Made by a program: the position numbers and the translations under genes. The notes under the pieces are model-generated. The model saw only the letters and a list, made by a program, of their open reading frames with translations. It did no database searches and had not been told where the DNA came from. Of a DNA stretch of 32,000 nt, positions 27,198-32,000 are shown piece by piece; position 1 is the stretch's first letter; each line of letters opens with the position of its first letter. The stretch comes from Ignavibacteriales bacterium (GTDB taxonomy: Bacteria > Bacteroidota > Ignavibacteria > Ignavibacteriales > Melioribacteraceae): the NCBI GenBank assembly GCA_027348115.1, contig DAIEQA010000212.1, positions 1-32,000 of the forward strand. Direction: 5' to 3'.

Positions 27198-27326
27198 AAA
27201 TGATTTCGCTTCATGGAAAATTTTTCTGCTAAAAGCGGAAGAATTATACGTAAAAATTTACCTGCCAATTATTAAATTTACCCGTCGAAAAATTAGTTAC
27301 AAACTTTTAAACCGTGAGAAAGAATT

Positions 27327-28037
27327 ATGGGTAGAATTTTTGAAACCAGGAAACACGTAATGTTTGCTCGTTACGCACGAATGTCCAAAGCGTTTAACCG
27401 GGTAAGAAAGGAAATAGAAATTGCAGTTAAGTCCGGCGGTTCCGATCCTAACGGGAATTCAAAACTTAGGAACGCAATACAAAATGCCAAAAGCGTTAAC
27501 ATGCCTAAAGATAAAGTTGAAGCCGCTATTAAAAGAGCTTCGTCAAAAGATACAACCGGGTACCAGGAAATTTTTTACGAAGGTTATGCCCCGCACGGAA
27601 TTGCAGTTCTTGTCGAATGCGCGACCGATAATCCTACGAGAACAGTTGCAAACGTGCGCCACATTTTTCGAAAAGCCGAGGGCTCGCTTGGTAATGCCGG
27701 TTCTATAGCGTTTATGTTCGAACGTAAGGGCTTATTCAAAATAGCAAAATCGCAGGTTAAAGATTTGGAATCGTTCGAACTGGAATTAATTGATTTCGGA
27801 CTCGACGATTTATCATACGACGATGAAAACATATATATCTATACTCCCTTCCAGGAATTCGGCACGATGCAGAAAGCTCTTGAAGAAAGAAAGATTGAAA
27901 TAGGCGGAACCGAACTTCAGTACATTCCGGTTAACTACAAAGAATTGAACGATGAACAGAAAAAAGAAGTTAACGATTTGATCGAAGCTCTCAACGAAGA
28001 CGACGATGTGCAGTCGGTCTATCATAATATGCAATAA
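27327..28037 (+). CDS. yebC: YebC/PmpR-family DNA-binding transcriptional regulator
   Basis: 236 aa, with the family-typical N-terminus (RIFETRKH...KLRNAIQNAKSVNMPKDKVEAAIKRA) and C-terminus (DDVQSVYHN). Confidence 0.93.
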   Translation: MGRIFETRKHVMFARYARMSKAFNRVRKEIEIAVKSGGSDPNGNSKLRNAIQNAKSVNMPKDKVEAAIKRASSKDTTGYQEIFYEGYAPHGIAVLVECATDNPTRTVANVRHIFRKAEGSLGNAGSIAFMFERKGLFKIAKSQVKDLESFELELIDFGLDDLSYDDENIYIYTPFQEFGTMQKALEERKIEIGGTELQYIPVNYKELNDEQKKEVNDLIEALNEDDDVQSVYHNMQ

Positions 28038-28054
28038 ACTTTTCCGATAATAAA

Positions 28055-28079
28055 CATAACCGGTTGATAGCCGGTTATG
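28055..28079 (+). terminator. stem-loop downstream of yebC
   Basis: CATAACCGG-ttgatag-CCGGTTATG forms a 9-bp stem 18 nt after the stop. There is no clear U-tract. Confidence 0.45.
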
Positions 28080-28408
28080 CTCAATTCGTGACAATTTTTT
28101 ACAACTCGTGAAGTGTGTGTGACAATTTCTAATTCACGCACTGCTAATTTGCATTAGGCAAAGTGATTTTTACGGATTTTCAACGTATCTACCGATGCAT
28201 TGATTAATAATCCATCACATAAAGACAGCAATCGCTTAGGGTGAAATGCATTTTAATGCTTCGATAAATTCTACACAACGAGTAGTCTGGTCAGTTTAAA
28301 TATTTTTAGAAAATTTTTTTTGATTTAAACCAGGATTCGAACATCACTGTCTGATAAATGCCGAGTTATTTAATTTCTCGAAACACGATAAACAAAGGAC
28401 AGGATCAT

Positions 28409-30868
28409 ATGAGATCTAGATTTTACTCTTCCCTAACCATTTCAATTTTTTTTCTTTTAATTGCCAGCGCAAATTTTTATTCACAGCCCAAAAACAACAC
28501 GCAGAATAATTCCGTTACCGGTAGGGTTGTCGATTTACAAACAAACACTCCGATAGAATTTGCAACAGTTGTTCTTATAAGAAGAGCCGACAGCACCCAG
28601 GTTACCGGCGCAGCTACAGATACGAAAGGACAATTCGTTTTGGAAAACGTTCCGGCAGGAACTTACTTTATGAGAATAAGCTACGTCGGCTATAAAAATC
28701 ATTTGGTTAAAAGCTTTAAGAAGGAAAACGGCAAACCGGTTAGTCTTGGAAAAATTTCATTGACGCCAAGCGATATGAAGATGAACGATATTGTTGTCAG
28801 CGGAACCCGTTCTCCTATTTCATATCAAATAGATAAGAAAGTTATCAGTGTGGGAGAAAACCTTTCAACGATATCCGGCACCGCGGTTGATGTGCTTGAA
28901 AACGTGCCCTCAATCACTGTCGATATCGACGGCAACGTAAGTTTAAGAGGAAGCGGCAACTTCCAGGTTCTAATTGACGGACGACCGACAATTCTGGATC
29001 CCAACGAGGCGCTACAGCAAATTCAAGCAAGCTCGATAGAAAATATTGAAATCATTACCAATCCCTCGGCTAAATACGACCCCGAAGGTACAGCCGGCAT
29101 CATCAATATTATAATGAAGAAAACAAACAAGTGGGGCATTACAAGTCTGTTTAATTTGAATCTCGGTGTTAGAAATAAATACGGCGGAGATGCTACCGCA
29201 GATTTCCGGAATAATTTTATTCAAGCTAACTTAGGCATCGGCTATAACAACCGCGTGTTCTTTGGCACTCAAAACGAAAATAACTGGAACAATGCAGACG
29301 GGCAAACTTATTATTACAAGTCAGACGGAACTTCGAACCACGGCAACGAATCTTTTAATCTTCGCGGTTCAGTTTCATTCGACTTCGGAGCTAAAAGACT
29401 CTTAACCTTGGGCGGCAGATACAACAACCGGTCGCACAGCGATAACTCGGCACTTAATTACAGTCAATGGAATACAATGGATCCGGCTCAGCAATATTTC
29501 ATCAGCAAGTCCGAGGGAAGCAGATCCGGTCATGAAATTTCGGTTTTCGGAAATTACAAACACCCGTTCAACGACAGCGGTCACGAGCTTGTTGCCGAAG
29601 TTCATTACGATGCGGAAACATCGGATGAAAGTTCTACCAATAAATTATTCAGCGGCGAAATAATTACAGACGGTAAAACTACAACGGAAAACGGACCCGG
29701 CAACGAGCTACAAACAAAGCTGGATTATACGCTTCCCTTCACTTCCGTTTCTAAATTCGAGGCGGGCTACCAGGGTACTCATGAAAATTCCGATGATAAA
29801 ACCGGGCTGCTCACTTTTAATCCGGCAACACAATTGTTCGAGAACAATTCTCTATACGACAACCATTCCAAGTACGCCAAAAACGATTACGCGTTGTACT
29901 CCATCTATACGAGCAAAATAGACAGTCTCGGTTACAAACTCGGTGTACGAACCGAATATACCGGCCGCGATATCGAGGTGCCGGAGATGAACGAGAAATT
30001 TTCCATTGATCGATGGGATTATTTTCCCTCGGCGCATTTTTCTTTCGGCATCGGAGCGGGTTACCAGTTGATGGCAAGTTATACAAGAAGGATCAATCGC
30101 CCACGCGATTGGCAGATGGAACCTTTCCAAACATGGATTGACGCTTACAATGTTCGCGTCGGCAACCCCTCACTGCAGCCAGAGTACATCGATTCTTACG
30201 AACTCGGTTTTCAAACTCTTATAGGCAACAGCGTTTTCTCAATCGACACATATTACAGGCAGACGAAAAATAAAATCGAAAGAGTGCTTTCGGTTTATTC
30301 GGAGACCGTCACGCTCCAAACTACAAAGAACATTGGAAAGGATTATTCGCTGGGAGTTGAATTGTTTTCCAACTTCGACCCGATTAAAAATTGGAATGTA
30401 AACCTGATGGGCAATATTTATAATTATAAGATCGAGGGTTCTCCGGCAGACAATATAGAAACCAACCAGAGTTTTAATTGGAACGCTCGATTTAACAACA
30501 GCATCAAGATCGCCGAAAACACGCAGGTGCAGGTTAATGTTTGGTACAACAGTCCTTCGGCAACATCTCAAGGAAACCGCGAAGGATTCTTTATTACCAA
30601 CTTTGCTATAAAACAGCAGTTGTTCGATAAATTAATTACAGCCACTCTTCAAGTTAGAGATATTCTTGGAACTGCAAAATTCCAAATTGTAAATCAGTCG
30701 CCCGACTTTTATAGTTTACGGCATTTCGAACGAGAATCTCCGATGGTAATGCTGAATTTAAGATTGAACCTTAGCAACAATTCAAACAACGACCACGGCG
30801 AAGAAGGAATGCAGAACAATAATGGTGGAGACGACCAGGGCGGAATGAACGGCGGCGGCGAAGGATAA
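28409..30868 (+). CDS. TonB-dependent-receptor-like outer-membrane beta-barrel protein with N-terminal CarboxypepD_reg domain
   Basis: Start at ATG 28409 gives the signal peptide MRSRFYSSLTISIFFLLIASANFYSQ. It has a CarboxypepD_reg-like segment (VTGRVVD...GTYFMRISYVGYK), a plug-like segment (DVLENVPSITVDIDGNVSLRGS) and a long beta-barrel body. Confidence 0.85.
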   Translation: MRSRFYSSLTISIFFLLIASANFYSQPKNNTQNNSVTGRVVDLQTNTPIEFATVVLIRRADSTQVTGAATDTKGQFVLENVPAGTYFMRISYVGYKNHLVKSFKKENGKPVSLGKISLTPSDMKMNDIVVSGTRSPISYQIDKKVISVGENLSTISGTAVDVLENVPSITVDIDGNVSLRGSGNFQVLIDGRPTILDPNEALQQIQASSIENIEIITNPSAKYDPEGTAGIINIIMKKTNKWGITSLFNLNLGVRNKYGGDATADFRNNFIQANLGIGYNNRVFFGTQNENNWNNADGQTYYYKSDGTSNHGNESFNLRGSVSFDFGAKRLLTLGGRYNNRSHSDNSALNYSQWNTMDPAQQYFISKSEGSRSGHEISVFGNYKHPFNDSGHELVAEVHYDAETSDESSTNKLFSGEIITDGKTTTENGPGNELQTKLDYTLPFTSVSKFEAGYQGTHENSDDKTGLLTFNPATQLFENNSLYDNHSKYAKNDYALYSIYTSKIDSLGYKLGVRTEYTGRDIEVPEMNEKFSIDRWDYFPSAHFSFGIGAGYQLMASYTRRINRPRDWQMEPFQTWIDAYNVRVGNPSLQPEYIDSYELGFQTLIGNSVFSIDTYYRQTKNKIERVLSVYSETVTLQTTKNIGKDYSLGVELFSNFDPIKNWNVNLMGNIYNYKIEGSPADNIETNQSFNWNARFNNSIKIAENTQVQVNVWYNSPSATSQGNREGFFITNFAIKQQLFDKLITATLQVRDILGTAKFQIVNQSPDFYSLRHFERESPMVMLNLRLNLSNNSNNDHGEEGMQNNNGGDDQGGMNGGGEG

Positions 30869-30897
30869 AAATTAATTCACCGTTAAAATTATTTAGC

Positions 30898-30929
30898 AGA
30901 ATGCCGGATTTGATCCGGCATTCTTATTT
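30898..30929 (+). terminator. intrinsic terminator between convergent genes
   Basis: AGAATGCCGGA-tttga-TCCGGCATTCT forms an 11-bp stem followed by TATTT. Confidence 0.75.
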
Positions 30930-30997
30930 GAAGCAATCTTGAACCCTATTTGGATAAGTAGTGTAAATTGTTTTCGGCACTTTCGTGTGAATATTTT

Positions 30998-32000
30998 TTA
31001 TTCAGGAATAGATTTCTTTCCGACTAACATCAGCGCAGTTAATCCGCTTACCGCCGAAACAACCGATGCAAACAAAATACTAAGTTTGGAAGAAACTATT
31101 ACTTCCGGTTGATCGAAAGCAAGATTGGAAATAAAGATTGACATTGTAAAACCAATGCCTGCAAGAACAGCCGCACCGCCGAGTAATTTCCAGTTCAAAT
31201 CCGACGGCAAAGAACTTAGACCCGATTTTACACTTAAAAATGAAAAAGAAAATATACCTAGAAATTTGCCGGCTACGAGTCCCAGAATTATACCGAGCGA
31301 ATTCAATTCCGTTAAGCTGGATATAATATTTTTCGGCAATACTACAGCCGTATTGGCAAGAGCAAAGAGCGGAAGAATTATAAACGCAACCGGCCAGTGA
31401 AGTTTTTTCTGGAGTCTGTAAGAAATGTTTTCGTCATTGTTTTTATTAAAAGGAACGGCGAAAGCCAAAAGGACGCCGCTTATTGTAGCGTGGACACCGG
31501 ATTTAAGCATGCAGTACCACATTACAACACCGAGGATTAAATATATCGAAAGTTTGTTGACACGCATCCGGTTTAGAAACACTAGAAGTATAAACACAAG
31601 CACTGCCGAAAATAAATAACCAAGGGCAAGATTTTGGGTATAGAACACGGCTATCAAAATTATGGCGCCGAGATCGTCAATAATAGCAAGTGCAGTTAAA
31701 AATATTTTAAGCGATAACGGAACCTTGCTACCTGCTAAGGAAAGGATTCCGATGGCGAACGCAATATCGGTTGCCATGGGAATTCCGAATCCGCTTTGCG
31801 TTTCGGTACCAGCATTCAATACAAAATGAATTATTCCGGGAATAAGCATACCGCCGATTGCGGCAATAATTGGCAAAGACGCTTTCTTTATTTCTCTAAG
31901 TTCTCCTACATAAATTTCTCTTTCAATCTCTAAACCGACGAGAAGAAAAAACACCGCCATAAAGCCGTCGTTAATCCAATGTTCGATGCTGTACTTTAAT
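30998..32000 (-). CDS. nhaA: Na+/H+ antiporter NhaA (5' end beyond the window)
   Basis: Conserved MAVFFLLVGLEIEREI, ATDIAFA and IIDDLGAI motifs. The frame stays open upstream of the listed Met (..KYSIEHWINDGF) to the window edge. Confidence 0.93.
   Translation of the reverse strand, partial: LKYSIEHWINDGFMAVFFLLVGLEIEREIYVGELREIKKASLPIIAAIGGMLIPGIIHFVLNAGTETQSGFGIPMATDIAFAIGILSLAGSKVPLSLKIFLTALAIIDDLGAIILIAVFYTQNLALGYLFSAVLVFILLVFLNRMRVNKLSIYLILGVVMWYCMLKSGVHATISGVLLAFAVPFNKNNDENISYRLQKKLHWPVAFIILPLFALANTAVVLPKNIISSLTELNSLGIILGLVAGKFLGIFSFSFLSVKSGLSSLPSDLNWKLLGGAAVLAGIGFTMSIFISNLAFDQPEVIVSSKLSILFASVVSAVSGLTALMLVGKKSIPE

Noticed and set aside
28325-28345. GGATTCGAAC string resembling the complement of a tRNA T-loop.
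   Set aside because: The flanking bases cannot form a T-stem (TGATG against CCTGG), and no acceptor or anticodon arms can be drawn. It is a chance match in the leader of the receptor gene.

Overview
No tools were run, so every call rests on motifs and repeats read by eye. The window is low-GC bacterial chromosome. A T9SS C-terminal sorting domain, a Cys-type CcmE and a CarboxypepD_reg TonB-type receptor suggest the FCB group (Ignavibacteriota/Bacteroidota-like); this is inference only. Most of it is ordinary housekeeping: acyl-CoA ligase, an OM beta-barrel protein, ccmC-D-E-F (cytochrome c maturation System I), an RsbU-like PP2C phosphatase, a Sel1-repeat protein, an RsbW-like kinase, msrA, gltB-gltD, a sugar nucleotidyltransferase, yebC, a TonB-dependent-type receptor and nhaA (runs off the window end). 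The unusual part is an accessory segment of about 7 kb (about 2.9-9.85 kb). It holds (i) an IS200-like Y1 transposase/RAYT gene sitting exactly between the two arms of a REP doublet and flanked by two diverged ~0.5-kb composite hairpin-repeat blocks. (ii) A beta-class N6/N4 DNA methyltransferase fused to an Mrr-like nuclease domain. (iii) About 1 kb without a convincing ORF, containing ten strictly 21-bp-phased degenerate tandem repeats and a long stem-loop. (iv) A second, unrelated RAYT with its own REP family (GTAGAGACG...CGTCTCTAC). This gene is split by a 282-bp GIY-YIG nuclease minigene bounded by perfect 16-bp inverted repeats, and it also carries an in-frame nested REP-in-REP hairpin. 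(v) Two co-directional hypothetical genes (234 and 386 aa) separated by that RAYT cassette. I saw no rRNA, tRNA or CRISPR array.
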